Source: a virus. From it: a stretch of 64,000 nucleotides of DNA. Shown here piece after piece: positions 28,919-38,936 of this stretch (position 1 is the first letter of the stretch; each line of letters opens with the position of its first letter). The DNA is taken from IMG/VR virus record IMGVR_UViG_3300045988_080614; one strand, given 5' to 3'. Under the pieces are notes generated by a model. It did not search any database. It saw only the letters and a program-made list of their open reading frames with translations, and was not told the origin of the DNA. Both the position numbers and the translations under genes were made by a program.

Positions 28919-29941
28919 TCAAAAAGGTAAATCATCATCCATATTTGGTGCTTTAGTCTTATTAAAAGCATTATTAAATTCTTCAATAAGTCTTTTTTTA
29001 CCAAAATAATGATATATATCTGAATAATCTTTTGCTTTATCAATTAAAGGACAATGAATTATCTCAAAACCTGTTTTTAATCTAAGATTATAGGCATCTA
29101 TTTCACCTGCTGAATCTCCATCAAATGCTATATAAATATGGTTATATCTTTTTTGTAAACAATTAATTGCAGAATCACTTAACTCTGTATTTTCTGATTG
29201 AACATATATACAGGGTATATTAACATTAGACCATAGACAGATACTATCTTTCAATGATGAACATATAAGCAATGTATCTCCTGTCTCTGGAATTTTAGAC
29301 CACAAACCAATAACACTCTTGTCATTGGAAGATGTCCATTTGTAACCATTTTTATTATAGGGTTGATAAATTTTCTTGGTGATATTCCCTTCTTTTCTTT
29401 CAATATAACAATATGCTAGTTTATCACAAGCAAATGTATATCTTTTATTATCTTTATATATAATTTTATGACTAATAGGATATACTTCAACATACTTTAA
29501 TAGATTTATATTACATCCATAAGATTCCCAATACTCAACATCATAATTTCTCCATTCTCTAGTTTTAACCTCTAGTCTGATTTGACTACTACTTATTGTA
29601 GCTGAGTTATGTTTAATTTGAGATTTAGAGATATTAATCTGCTTAGTATTAATATTCATATCTTTACTTATCTTATCTACTAGTTCTATAAAACTAATAT
29701 TGTAGATTTGCATAAGTAAATCAAATAAAGACCCTTGTTCTCCTGTTGCAAAGTCTTTATAATGTATATGTATACCATCACTTGAATATAATCCAAATGA
29801 AGGTTTAGAATCATTCCTTAAAGGGCTATTCATTCTAAAAGGAACTTGTGTAATACCAAAGTAGAAATTAAGTATTTGACCCTCATCTACTTTGTTTAAT
29901 ATATCTTTTAAAGTTATTGAAGTATATCCATTGCTAATCAT
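28919..29941 (-). CDS. DnaG/T7 gp4-like DNA primase (Toprim)
   Basis: NSPLRNDSKPSFGLY primase N-terminal motif. Toprim LICSSLKD...IAFDGDSAGE. Acidic-aromatic C-terminus NMDDDLPF. Confidence 0.75.
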   Translation of the reverse strand: MISNGYTSITLKDILNKVDEGQILNFYFGITQVPFRMNSPLRNDSKPSFGLYSSDGIHIHYKDFATGEQGSLFDLLMQIYNISFIELVDKISKDMNINTKQINISKSQIKHNSATISSSQIRLEVKTREWRNYDVEYWESYGCNINLLKYVEVYPISHKIIYKDNKRYTFACDKLAYCYIERKEGNITKKIYQPYNKNGYKWTSSNDKSVIGLWSKIPETGDTLLICSSLKDSICLWSNVNIPCIYVQSENTELSDSAINCLQKRYNHIYIAFDGDSAGEIDAYNLRLKTGFEIIHCPLIDKAKDYSDIYHYFGKKRLIEEFNNAFNKTKAPNMDDDLPF

Positions 29942-29953
29942 ATTATTAATATA

Positions 29954-30886
29954 TTAAGCGTTTGCCCAAGGGTTATTTGTTGGTGCTACAAAAGGATTTT
30001 CCTTATTTTCAGCACTAAAATTAGTCTCTGATACAGAATATTCATGAAGTGTTTTATAGTCAAATTCTGTAGTAGCTAAACCACCATTATTCTTTCTATT
30101 CTGAATATCTGCCTCAAGCTTAGATGTAGAATTACTACTATTCTTCATAGTGAAGTGAGTATAAACACTAGAATATTGCCTACCATCATCAGTAGTTCTT
30201 ACACCAATAGCAACCTTAACTTTATTATTAGGCTGCAAGGTAATACAATCTTTAAGTTCAGACATATTACCCTTGAAATAATCTGTAATGTGGTCAAGTC
30301 TACATTCTGCATCCTGTGGATTATCAATCATAACCCAAGAGCCATTAACATACTTCTGACAAGAAGGAATATTCAAATAGTTCTGCAAGAACATAGTAAG
30401 AGCTTCTTCACCTCTAAAAGCTGGTCTATAATTATTACTAATACTAAAAGGTTTAACTTCACCTGTCTCTTTATCAATATATGTAGGAATAGTTTTATTC
30501 TTAACATCATCCTGTGTAGCCCAAGCAGTTCTACCATAAGAATCAATTACCTGACACTTAGTATTTTCCTTATTAGTAAAGATATTATTCTGAATAGAGA
30601 ATCTAGCTTGGAAGAACTCCTCAATACCATTATTAGTTTCAGGGTCAGATTTCAAGATAAATGTAGGATAAGCCATCTGAATCTCCTTCCCATCATTATC
30701 CTTCATAACCCCATAATACTCAGGGTCCTTAGTAATATCTCTACCATAGAGATTACTAAGTTCTTCCTTAGAAGGATTAAAGGCTACTACTTTACAGCCT
30801 GCAATACCAATATACTTCTTAAATTCAGTAGCTTCTTGAGACTCCTGAACTTTGCCAAATGCCATCAAACTAATTGTTGTATTCAT
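29954..30886 (-). CDS. hypothetical protein (position suggests an ssDNA-binding protein; unverified)
   Basis: 310-aa ORF between the primase and ATPase genes. No motif recognised. Confidence 0.5.
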   Translation of the reverse strand: MNTTISLMAFGKVQESQEATEFKKYIGIAGCKVVAFNPSKEELSNLYGRDITKDPEYYGVMKDNDGKEIQMAYPTFILKSDPETNNGIEEFFQARFSIQNNIFTNKENTKCQVIDSYGRTAWATQDDVKNKTIPTYIDKETGEVKPFSISNNYRPAFRGEEALTMFLQNYLNIPSCQKYVNGSWVMIDNPQDAECRLDHITDYFKGNMSELKDCITLQPNNKVKVAIGVRTTDDGRQYSSVYTHFTMKNSSNSTSKLEADIQNRKNNGGLATTEFDYKTLHEYSVSETNFSAENKENPFVAPTNNPWANA

Positions 30887-30914
30887 TTCTTTTATTTTAT
30901 TTAATTGTTAATAA

Positions 30915-31319
30915 TTAATCAATATTATCATTATTACCTGCATTTCCAAGATTATCAAAAGGAAGTGCTTCACCAGCATCAGGAATTTCTTCTGTTGGCT
31001 CCTGTACAGGAGCAACAAAAGTAAGTACTCTCTTCTTCTGCTGATACTTACCTTCCTTGTCCATCTTAGGTGTACCGTCCTCATTAAACTGAGGAATCTG
31101 CTCATCCTTAATAAGCTGCTTTGAAATAAAACCACCAGTAAGCATCTTAACACCTGCTTCATTAGCCTCAATAATAGCTAACTGTTCATCAAGCTCTGCC
31201 TGAATTTTATTAAGGTGCTTTTCCAAAGTCTCAATTCTACTATAAATACTAGAATTTGCCTTATAAATGTTCTTAATCTGAGAAATCTGACGTGATGTCA
31301 ACTTTGTTAAATCTTTCAT
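30915..31319 (-). CDS. hypothetical coiled-coil protein
   Basis: 134-aa ORF with heptad-like IETLEKHLNKIQAELDEQLAIIEA. Confidence 0.55.
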   Translation of the reverse strand: MKDLTKLTSRQISQIKNIYKANSSIYSRIETLEKHLNKIQAELDEQLAIIEANEAGVKMLTGGFISKQLIKDEQIPQFNEDGTPKMDKEGKYQQKKRVLTFVAPVQEPTEEIPDAGEALPFDNLGNAGNNDNID

Positions 31320-31333
31320 TTTTACTTTTATTT

Positions 31334-31633
31334 TTAATATATTAATAATATGTTTTCTTTTGTGTTTCTATTAAATATAGAATTAAGGCTTTCTTGTTTA
31401 GTTAATGTATGTATTGCATACTTACACATATAATATTTAAGAGCTATCTTTACATATTCACTGTACATTTCATAAGGTAAAGAAGTTATAGTTTTAACAA
31501 ATATATCTACATATTTTCTTTCTTTACCTTTTTCAATACAATAATTATCTAATAATAAGATAATATCTTGTAAAGCAATATGTCCAGATATTAATATAGA
31601 AGTAGCAATACTAACTATTTTATTTCTATCCAT
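31334..31633 (-). CDS. hypothetical protein
   Basis: 99-aa ORF that overlaps the upstream gene. Confidence 0.5.
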   Translation of the reverse strand: MDRNKIVSIATSILISGHIALQDIILLLDNYCIEKGKERKYVDIFVKTITSLPYEMYSEYVKIALKYYMCKYAIHTLTKQESLNSIFNRNTKENILLIY

Positions 31634-32360
31634 ATACCTCTTTAATTTTATCCATTACAATAGATAAATCATTAGGAATTTCATCAGGTAAGTCATCAAG
31701 TACTCCTAAGCTATCCTTAGCAGGATATTCTCCATCAAACTCTTTAATAAAATGTTTAATAGGTTTCTTATTTTCTGCATCATAACCTACTTTACCAAAG
31801 AGAATAATGTCAAACTTCCCTTCAGGTGTGATATAATCATCCACCATCTTACCTGTAGTCTTAAACTTATAGGAAATAGAATCACCATTTTTATCTTTAT
31901 ACTCTTCATAATGAGCACAACAGATAATATTCTTATTCTCAGGGCATCCTTTAAATGAATCAAAGATAAGACCCATTCCATAGCCTATTTGCTTTGGTGT
32001 ATCCCATCCTCCCTTCATTGCATTTGCCATATAAAAATCTTGTGCAAGATAATTAAAATCATCAATTACAATATTCTTATAAGGGCAATTAGGATTCTTA
32101 AAAGCATCAATAACTTCTGCTACTTTCTTAAATCTTTCAAGTCCATTAAGACTATCAATCTGCATTCTATTTCCTTTAACCATGTCCATCACATTAGTAG
32201 ATGGACATAACTTAAATTCTGGATTAGGAACAGCCCTACCAATACATTGTATTACAAAAGTTTCTTTAGGATTTAAACCTTTAATACCTAATTTCTTTCT
32301 ACCACAATAACTAGTAGTTTTTCCAAATCCAGACTTTGCTAAAACTAAAATTTTTGCCAT
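31626..32360 (-). CDS. AAA_24/Sak4-like P-loop ATPase
   Basis: N-terminal Walker A KILVLAKSGFGKTTS. Walker B-like NIVIDDFN. Confidence 0.65.
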   Translation of the reverse strand: MAKILVLAKSGFGKTTSYCGRKKLGIKGLNPKETFVIQCIGRAVPNPEFKLCPSTNVMDMVKGNRMQIDSLNGLERFKKVAEVIDAFKNPNCPYKNIVIDDFNYLAQDFYMANAMKGGWDTPKQIGYGMGLIFDSFKGCPENKNIICCAHYEEYKDKNGDSISYKFKTTGKMVDDYITPEGKFDIILFGKVGYDAENKKPIKHFIKEFDGEYPAKDSLGVLDDLPDEIPNDLSIVMDKIKEVYG

Positions 32361-32388
32361 TTAACTTCTATTCTTTATAAATGAATTG

Positions 32389-32420
32389 CAAAAGTACTAT
32401 ATTTATTTTACTCTAGCAAA
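32389..32420 (-). promoter_or_regulatory. Bacteroidota-type promoter upstream of the ATPase gene
   Basis: Minus strand reads TTTG (32420-32417)-N20-TACTTTTG (32396-32389). Overlaps the 3' end of the helicase gene. Confidence 0.45.
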
Positions 32421-33589
32421 TCTTTAACTCTTTTTATTATACCACAAACAAACATACTTATAGTAGTATTAACTGTTTGTTTATTTCTTATCTTATCTAA
32501 ATACTTATATACCTTTTCTAATTCTACTTTATTATTAGGTAATGGTAATTCATCAAAAGCACATACTGCACCATCAAAGAATAAAGGAGCAATGCCTCCC
32601 ATTTCACCATCTCGATTTATACATACTTCAAGAAATCTAATATTATCCTTAAATTTCTTTATATTATAATCTAAATATGAATCTAAACTAAATCTAAATG
32701 GAGAAAATAATCCTAATAGTACATTGCAGTCTCTTGATATATACTTACTATCACCTAAACCCTGAGCACTAGGTCTTAATCTATTTAATTTAAAAGCATC
32801 ATTACCTTCAGATTCAAAAGCTTGTTGCTGAATTACTACAGGAGAAAACTTATATCTGTTTCTTAAATATTTAGCTAAATATTCTGACAATTTATCCATA
32901 GATTGTTTAAGAGTCATACCTCTTTCAGTATCTATAAGATTCATAGTATCAATAACAATTAACCTATATTCATTAGGGTCATCCTGTTCATAATGGTCAA
33001 ATACTTCTGTTTCTTTTATTTGTCCCCATTCATCTTTATATTTACCCTTTTTAGTATATTCAGTACCATGTTGTCTAGCATAACTTTTACAATAATTAAG
33101 AATACCAGTAGGATTAGGCTTTTCTTCAGGAAATATAACATGTTCTTCAAAATACTTAATAATATCTTGAACTTCATCAGATTGTAGTAAATCTAATACT
33201 TCCTGTGAAATAGCAGTAGTAGTACTTCTTAAATCTCTAGGAGATACTCTTATTGTATGATTACTATACTCGTATAGGAGCCAACATTCAAATCTTTGAA
33301 GAATTCTTTCAGGTGTTTCTTCTAAAGGAAAATATAAGACTTTAAGATTTGCTCCTACTTCTTTATGGTAATAGCAATAAAGTAGTGGTTTATAGATAAA
33401 AGTATATGAAGTAAATTGAGACTTTCCACCTTTAGTAAAGGACGATATACAATAATATGTACTTTGTTCTATACCAATAAAGTCATCTTTAAATCTAGTA
33501 AAAGAAGAAGGAATACAATTAATTTTACCTTCAAGTATTCTGTTTCTTCTTTTAACTAGATTATCATATACTCTCTCTCTTAAACTCAT
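32408..33589 (-). CDS. DnaB-like replicative helicase (RecA-fold)
   Basis: Walker A-like SSFTKGGKSQF, Walker B RLIVIDTMNLI, and C-terminal INRDGEMGG resembling the DnaB KNRNG motif. Confidence 0.6.
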   Translation of the reverse strand: MSLRERVYDNLVKRRNRILEGKINCIPSSFTRFKDDFIGIEQSTYYCISSFTKGGKSQFTSYTFIYKPLLYCYYHKEVGANLKVLYFPLEETPERILQRFECWLLYEYSNHTIRVSPRDLRSTTTAISQEVLDLLQSDEVQDIIKYFEEHVIFPEEKPNPTGILNYCKSYARQHGTEYTKKGKYKDEWGQIKETEVFDHYEQDDPNEYRLIVIDTMNLIDTERGMTLKQSMDKLSEYLAKYLRNRYKFSPVVIQQQAFESEGNDAFKLNRLRPSAQGLGDSKYISRDCNVLLGLFSPFRFSLDSYLDYNIKKFKDNIRFLEVCINRDGEMGGIAPLFFDGAVCAFDELPLPNNKVELEKVYKYLDKIRNKQTVNTTISMFVCGIIKRVKDLLE

Positions 33590-33942
33590 TAGAATGTCTT
33601 AATATACTCCTTCTGATGGTCAATATAATTGTTCATCTTCTCAATGGTAGCATTAAGTTTATCATCAAGAGCCATATTCCATTTAAGGAACTTCTTCAAC
33701 TCTGCTTTGAATCTAGAGAAAGCTTCCTTTTCAGCTTTAGCTCTAGCAAGTTTCTTACCAGTTTCTACATCAAAGGTATCACCCTTCTCTGTATTAAGCT
33801 TAGATACACCTACTGTTGTAAATCTAAGCTTAAACTTAGGTACAATAAACTTCTCAATAGCAGTTACAGTCTGCTTTACTTCATTTACCTTAAACTCAAG
33901 AGCTACATGCTGTAGCTTAAATGTTTCAATGTTGTTATTCAT
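33589..33942 (-). CDS. hypothetical protein
   Basis: 117-aa ORF with a 1-nt overlap to the helicase gene. Confidence 0.5.
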   Translation of the reverse strand: MNNNIETFKLQHVALEFKVNEVKQTVTAIEKFIVPKFKLRFTTVGVSKLNTEKGDTFDVETGKKLARAKAEKEAFSRFKAELKKFLKWNMALDDKLNATIEKMNNYIDHQKEYIKTF

Positions 33943-34036
33943 TTTACTTTATATTTAATTAATTAAACAATAATTTATTTCTTAATATTAATAGGAGTAT
34001 CTTCCTTAAAATACTCATATGTTGTAAATTCTTCTT

Positions 34037-34642
34037 TCATTTTAACTCTGATGTCCAATCATTATTAATATTATCTTCCTGACCTTCATTCTCTATATAA
34101 TCAGAAAGAATTGAAGTTACTACCTGTTCTCCATCTTTTACTTCAGATTTCCAAATAAAATACTTTAATAATTTAAGATAAGTATAATCACCATTCATAG
34201 AATTAATATACTTCTGAGTAGCTGTAATTATTTGCTCATCTGTATAATTTGGATATCTTAAGAAGAAACTCTGTAACTTTTTTCTAATATCTTCTATATT
34301 ACCTTTATAATAATAACTAGTTCCAGGCATTTTACCTTTAGGGTATATATCCCTTAGTTTTATTGCTAAATTCTGACATCTAAGATTAACAATATTAATT
34401 GTTTTCTTAGTATCTTTACTACTATCAAGTAATATAGAATTACAGAGGTTAATACCTTTATTAATAACACTATATTTCTTATTTAATTCAAAAAGAGAAC
34501 AATTACATTTAGTAATTAATCCCTTTTCAATTAAATCTTCATACAGTTTATCATTTTGGCATTGTAAAGCAAGTAATATAAATACTTGCTGAGCAGTAAG
34601 ATTATATTTCTCACATACTGTATCATCTATAACAAATTTCAT
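34037..34642 (-). CDS. hypothetical protein
   Basis: 201-aa ORF with an ATGA overlap to the SF2 helicase gene. Confidence 0.5.
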   Translation of the reverse strand: MKFVIDDTVCEKYNLTAQQVFILLALQCQNDKLYEDLIEKGLITKCNCSLFELNKKYSVINKGINLCNSILLDSSKDTKKTINIVNLRCQNLAIKLRDIYPKGKMPGTSYYYKGNIEDIRKKLQSFFLRYPNYTDEQIITATQKYINSMNGDYTYLKLLKYFIWKSEVKDGEQVVTSILSDYIENEGQEDNINNDWTSELK

Positions 34643-35856
34643 AGCTTAATATCTTTAATATCAGTAATTTCTTTTATCATAGAACTATCATAATCCTTAA
34701 GCATTTTATCTTTTAATTCCTCATCTCTAGTATCTTTAAAATAAGGTATAATAACTATTGGTTTAGGATGTCTTAATAATCTTCCAAATTTCTGTTGTGA
34801 AAGAATTTCTGAAGCATTTAAATTACAGAATAATCCTACTCTGCAATTAGTTAAATTCATACCTTCTGAAAGCATATTAACACTAGATATATGATTAATC
34901 TTACTATTATTGAAATCATCAAGATTCTGTAAAGAATTCTTATTCTTACTATTAATAGGAGCATAATCTTTAAACTTTAAAGACTGCTCAATATTATTAC
35001 AGAATAAGAGTACTCTCTGGTCCTGTAAGATACAGATAATAGATTGGCATATATCTACCTTCTGTTCTGAAAGCCATTTTAATCTTTCTGAAGCTGCTCT
35101 AAGCCATTTATTCTTAAAGACTATAGTTTTATTAAACATAAACTTTCTTTTATACCAGTCTATTTTATCACTTAACTCATTATAATATTGCTTTTGGGTA
35201 CATTTGATAATTATCTTTCTTGTAGTAAATCTTTTAATGAAATTCCATCTTTCATCATAATTACAAGTAACAGGATTGCTACATCTAGGATTCTTTATTA
35301 TCTCTGCTACACTTTTAATATTATCTAAATATAAAGGAATAGTATAAATTATAGGTGTAGGTAATACTTCATCTTTAATACCATCAGCAATGTTACCTTT
35401 AACTATATTATAAGTACCCAAAGATTTCATATAATCCATAATATCACGAGGAATTGTAGCACTTAAAAATAGTAATTTAACATTAGGATTAACCTTAAAA
35501 ATATCATCAAGGATTTCCCTTTTAAGTTCACTTAAATGATGAGCTTCATCAAATACTATACAATCACAATATTTATTAAGTTTATGAATACTATTATAAC
35601 AAAGAATTTCTACTTTATCTGTATTACATCCCCATTTCTTTATTTCTTCTTTCCAATTATTTATTAATGGTTGTCTGGGAACAATAATACTAACAGTAGT
35701 TTCTTCTTCATTTTGTTTAAAATTAAAATCTACTATCTTATTAATACAGTCAATAGCAAGTTTTGACTTACCATATCCAGTTCCAAGATATAAGATAGTA
35801 GATTTTACTAATAATACTTTACTTAAAGCATTATCAGCAGCTTCTTCTCTAGTCAT
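34639..35856 (-). CDS. SF2 DEAD/DEAH-box helicase
   Basis: GTGYGKSK (motif I), VFDEAHH (II), LSAT (III), QKFGRLLR (VI). Confidence 0.85.
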   Translation of the reverse strand: MTREEAADNALSKVLLVKSTILYLGTGYGKSKLAIDCINKIVDFNFKQNEEETTVSIIVPRQPLINNWKEEIKKWGCNTDKVEILCYNSIHKLNKYCDCIVFDEAHHLSELKREILDDIFKVNPNVKLLFLSATIPRDIMDYMKSLGTYNIVKGNIADGIKDEVLPTPIIYTIPLYLDNIKSVAEIIKNPRCSNPVTCNYDERWNFIKRFTTRKIIIKCTQKQYYNELSDKIDWYKRKFMFNKTIVFKNKWLRAASERLKWLSEQKVDICQSIICILQDQRVLLFCNNIEQSLKFKDYAPINSKNKNSLQNLDDFNNSKINHISSVNMLSEGMNLTNCRVGLFCNLNASEILSQQKFGRLLRHPKPIVIIPYFKDTRDEELKDKMLKDYDSSMIKEITDIKDIKL

Positions 35857-36277
35857 TATCTGGATTTACTTCTTTATAAAACATAATTTTATCTGATACT
35901 ATTTGAGTATCATTAATAATTATAGTACTACCTTTAGGAATAATGAATTTGGCAACAACATACTCTGGAAACCAAAGTACAGATTTCTTAAGGTCTTTTA
36001 GAGTCTTAAAACTATGAAAACCATTTGTAACTACAATATCAATATATTCATCTTCTTTTTTAAATCCTATCCGTAAAGGACTAGTACATATCTTTTTCTT
36101 CTTATATTTACAAGTATAAAAAGGTGCAAAATAGGAATTCTTAGTAGGAAAAGGAAATAATCTAGCATATTTAACCACAATTTTATATACTATTGTATCC
36201 TTCTCAAGAATTTCTGTTATTCCTTCATACTCACCTTTTAGATAATTAGTGAGAGGTATTCTTTTACAAAAACACAT
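35849..36277 (-). CDS. MC-family paralog A (hypothetical)
   Basis: Shares MCF..., D.IVYK, GFHS and FIIPKGS...N...IVS with the ORFs at 45096 and 45770. Confidence 0.55.
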   Translation of the reverse strand: MCFCKRIPLTNYLKGEYEGITEILEKDTIVYKIVVKYARLFPFPTKNSYFAPFYTCKYKKKKICTSPLRIGFKKEDEYIDIVVTNGFHSFKTLKDLKKSVLWFPEYVVAKFIIPKGSTIIINDTQIVSDKIMFYKEVNPDND

Positions 36278-36687
36278 TATAATATCTTTACTTTAACATT
36301 ATTAATACTAATTCTCTTTGAGTCTTTAGGGTGTATAAGTATGTCTATTCTATGTTTATGTCTTTTATTCATAACATCTTTAACTAAATACACTCCATAA
36401 CCTTCAATATACACTTTCTTAGGTTTATTCTTAGGGAATAAATAAAGTAAGTCTCTAGAGATTGCACACCATTTAATCTTATTATTTTTTAAATGATGTA
36501 GATTTATCTTACTACCATCAGCAGTAATCAATGGTTGATTATTACACTGACTTTTAACTGGCTGGTAACAAGTCAACTTTACATGAGTTACAGTTTGTGC
36601 ACAGCATTTAATAGTAGTAAAACATAACATTGCTACTATAATAAGTATATATAATGCAAAACCACAACTAATTCTTATATTCTTCAT
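36277..36687 (-). CDS. secreted/membrane 3D-domain (MltA-like DPBB) protein
   Basis: N-terminal hydrophobic leader. LTCYQP...NNQPLITADGSKI...WCAISRDLL...GVYLVKDVMNKRHKHRIDIL resembles the 3D domain pattern. Confidence 0.5.
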   Translation of the reverse strand: MKNIRISCGFALYILIIVAMLCFTTIKCCAQTVTHVKLTCYQPVKSQCNNQPLITADGSKINLHHLKNNKIKWCAISRDLLYLFPKNKPKKVYIEGYGVYLVKDVMNKRHKHRIDILIHPKDSKRISINNVKVKIL

Positions 36688-36698
36688 AATTAATTCTT

Positions 36699-36878
36699 TT
36701 ATAATGTAAGTAATCTTTTATAAGTCCTTACATAATTTCCATTATTATCTCTACCATTATACCACATAATAAATACATAATTTCCATTAGACAATATCAT
36801 ATCTACTTTAGGACTATACTTATTATATAGGAATAATAAAAGAATAATAATACATACTATTATTATAATCTTTATCAT
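36699..36878 (-). CDS. small membrane protein (59 aa)
   Basis: Hand-translated MIKIIIIVCIIILLLFLYNKYS... Just below the track cut-off. Confidence 0.35.
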   Translation of the reverse strand: MIKIIIIVCIIILLLFLYNKYSPKVDMILSNGNYVFIMWYNGRDNNGNYVRTYKRLLTL

Positions 36879-36891
36879 ACTTTTAGTTATT

Positions 36892-36930
36892 AAAAAGTGA
36901 TAGTAGTGTGTTTCACAACAGACTACTATC
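36892..36930 (-). terminator. intrinsic terminator-like hairpin
   Basis: 9-bp stem gatagtagt/actactatc followed by TTTTT on the minus strand. Lies downstream of the stop at 36974. Confidence 0.45.
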
Positions 36931-36973
36931 TAAGTGTTAAAACCTTTATAAACAAACCGTCTATTTCACATAT

Positions 36974-37270
36974 TTAATCATTAAAAACTTCATAATCCAT
37001 AACTTTTCCCAAGCAGTCATGTGCTATTCTATTAAGATGAGATTCAAATCTCTTCTTTTTAGACATAGAGAGCCATTCTACCCTTTTACTCCATTCAGGG
37101 CACTCTTTGGAAGTCATATAATCATATGATTCATTAGAGATATTTAGCACTCTTACTCTTACAGGAGTACGAGTTACCTTAAAATTAATATCAAAATTAC
37201 CTTTAACAGAGAAATTTACTGATTCTTCAAATCCTCCTTCAATAATCTTTACACTAGCTTTAACTTCCAT
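36974..37270 (-). CDS. hypothetical protein
   Basis: 98-aa ORF with an ATG start. Confidence 0.5.
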   Translation of the reverse strand: MEVKASVKIIEGGFEESVNFSVKGNFDINFKVTRTPVRVRVLNISNESYDYMTSKECPEWSKRVEWLSMSKKKRFESHLNRIAHDCLGKVMDYEVFND

Positions 37271-37754
37271 AGTTTTTTATTTATTTATTATTCTTCATAT
37301 AATTTTAAATTAAAGTTAACAGTTTTACTATTGAAAACTGTTATGTAAAAGTCACTTTTCTTTAATAACAAGAAATAGTAAAAACTCACTAGCTTTTTCT
37401 TTAAAATCTTAGTTTCAAAATCACATAAGTACGTTTATAGTCATTACTTTTTGCATTTGTGGACTATAGAAAATACTATTATTACTCTATTTTTATTGAT
37501 TAGCGAGTATTCAAAAAATAGTAGACCAAAAAATTTTACTCGAATTTCTTTATTTGTTATGTTATAATTATTAGTATTTTCTATTTCATTTTAAATATTT
37601 CATTTAATACATATATTATCATACATATATAAATAAAACAAAATATACTAGCTATTATTGCCATATAGTTTAGGGTAAATTAAGAATTATTAATATTATT
37701 ATAAAAATACATAAAAGAGCTATAATATATTCCATATACTTTAATTTAAATAAG

Positions 37755-38141
37755 TTAATATCTTACACCAAAAGGTTTACCATCCATAAAGGTAAAACAC
37801 TCAAATATTTTTTCATAAGTCCAACTTGTATCTTGATGACCTATTAGTGTTCTATCTTCATCTAAAAGAGTTATTAAACGATGAACATTATTATCTGTTT
37901 TTATCCAACCATAAGGATTATGATACTGCATTTCTTCTAGACATTCTTTTAAATTTTTAAAAGGTCTATACTTTACTTCTGGTTTAATTCTATAATTATT
38001 AATATTTTTTATCAAGCTACTAATATCAGTTATAAAAGCAGGTTTCCATTCATTAAGGATAGAAGAATAAAATTCAATTTCTCTTCCAGCTAAATAAGCC
38101 TGCAATATTTCAACTAGCTTTTTTACCCTATCTTTATTCAT
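37755..38141 (-). CDS. hypothetical protein
   Basis: 128-aa ORF with an ATG start. Confidence 0.5.
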   Translation of the reverse strand: MNKDRVKKLVEILQAYLAGREIEFYSSILNEWKPAFITDISSLIKNINNYRIKPEVKYRPFKNLKECLEEMQYHNPYGWIKTDNNVHRLITLLDEDRTLIGHQDTSWTYEKIFECFTFMDGKPFGVRY

Positions 38142-38171
38142 ATTACTTTCTATTTAAATTAGTTTGATTTT

Positions 38172-38351
38172 TCAAGATATAATGTCAAATATAATATAAT
38201 CAGCTAAAAGAATAAATACTCCTATTATAAATAAACCAAATAGGGAATCTAGTTCAAACGCAAATAGGATTATACTAGAAACAATAAGAACATCTCCTAC
38301 TAATCCTAATATAATAATAAGATATTTTATCATTTTATTTTTAATTTCCAT
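38172..38351 (-). CDS. small membrane protein (59 aa; alternative ATG at 38333)
   Basis: Hand-translated MEIKNKMIKYLIIILGLVGDVLIVSSIILFAFELDSLFGLFIIGVFILLADYIIFDIIS. Confidence 0.35.
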   Translation of the reverse strand: MEIKNKMIKYLIIILGLVGDVLIVSSIILFAFELDSLFGLFIIGVFILLADYIIFDIIS

Positions 38352-38516
38352 TATACTTTTATTTTTTATCCAAATCCTATTTCTCCTTCAACTCTTCAAG
38401 TGCTAAGAATAACTCATTTTGAATATGAATTATTGTACCTTGACTTAGCTTTATTCTTTTTAAACCAATAATCTTAGAAATATTATTAATGTGAACTATA
38501 GCTTTTTCTTTGCTCA

Positions 38517-38888
38517 TTACTTATCCTCCTTAAAATCTATTTCTTTTAAGCAGTTTAAATCTGGATAATAACAAGTTGTCTTAGGATAGCCAAATTCTAT
38601 CACTTCTTCCTCTTGTTTATGCAAAAGAAGAGAAAGTATTTTTAATCGTTCTTGTGAATCACGCAACTGCTTTAAGTATTTTTCCTTTTGACCTTTGTCA
38701 GAAAGGTCATAGTCTAATTCGCAACAACGTTCTTTTCTTGGCATAAAGTTCAGAGGATGAACAATGTGTTTATCATCCTCATCTTCTTTGCCAAAGCATT
38801 GCACTATTATATTAGCACTATAATTTGTACTGTCTGGCTGTAAGTTTTGTATTTTAATGCCAAACTTCTTTATCTGCTCTTCTGTCAT
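38517..38888 (-). CDS. hypothetical protein
   Basis: 123-aa ORF at the left edge of the higher-GC island. Confidence 0.5.
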   Translation of the reverse strand: MTEEQIKKFGIKIQNLQPDSTNYSANIIVQCFGKEDEDDKHIVHPLNFMPRKERCCELDYDLSDKGQKEKYLKQLRDSQERLKILSLLLHKQEEEVIEFGYPKTTCYYPDLNCLKEIDFKEDK

Positions 38889-38904
38889 ATCTCTTTCTTT
38901 TTAT

Positions 38905-38928
38905 CCTCTCCCTTTCAACAGGGAGAGG
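38905..38928. other. GC-rich intergenic hairpin
   Basis: 9-bp stem cctctccct/agggagagg with a 6-nt loop, between the stop at 38937 and the start at 38888. No U-tract on the minus strand. Confidence 0.4.
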
Positions 38929-38936
38929 GAGTTTTG

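Noticed and set aside
30155-30904. 249-aa plus-strand ORF in the track.
   Set aside because: It lies entirely antisense to the 310-aa minus-strand gene. Its composition is Ile/Leu/Asn/Ser-rich low complexity, typical of antisense frames in AT-rich DNA. It has no promoter or start context.
30908-31171. 87-aa alternative-frame ORF overlapping 30915-31319 on the same strand. Also 15171-15386, 12158-12340 and 31787-31981.
   Set aside because: They are nested in a different frame of longer, better-supported genes. Nothing suggests overprinting.
38353-38516. An apparent 46-aa HTH-like ORF starting at 38517, from my first hand translation.
   Set aside because: Re-reading the sequence shows a stop after 21 codons. 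My first reading had inserted a base.
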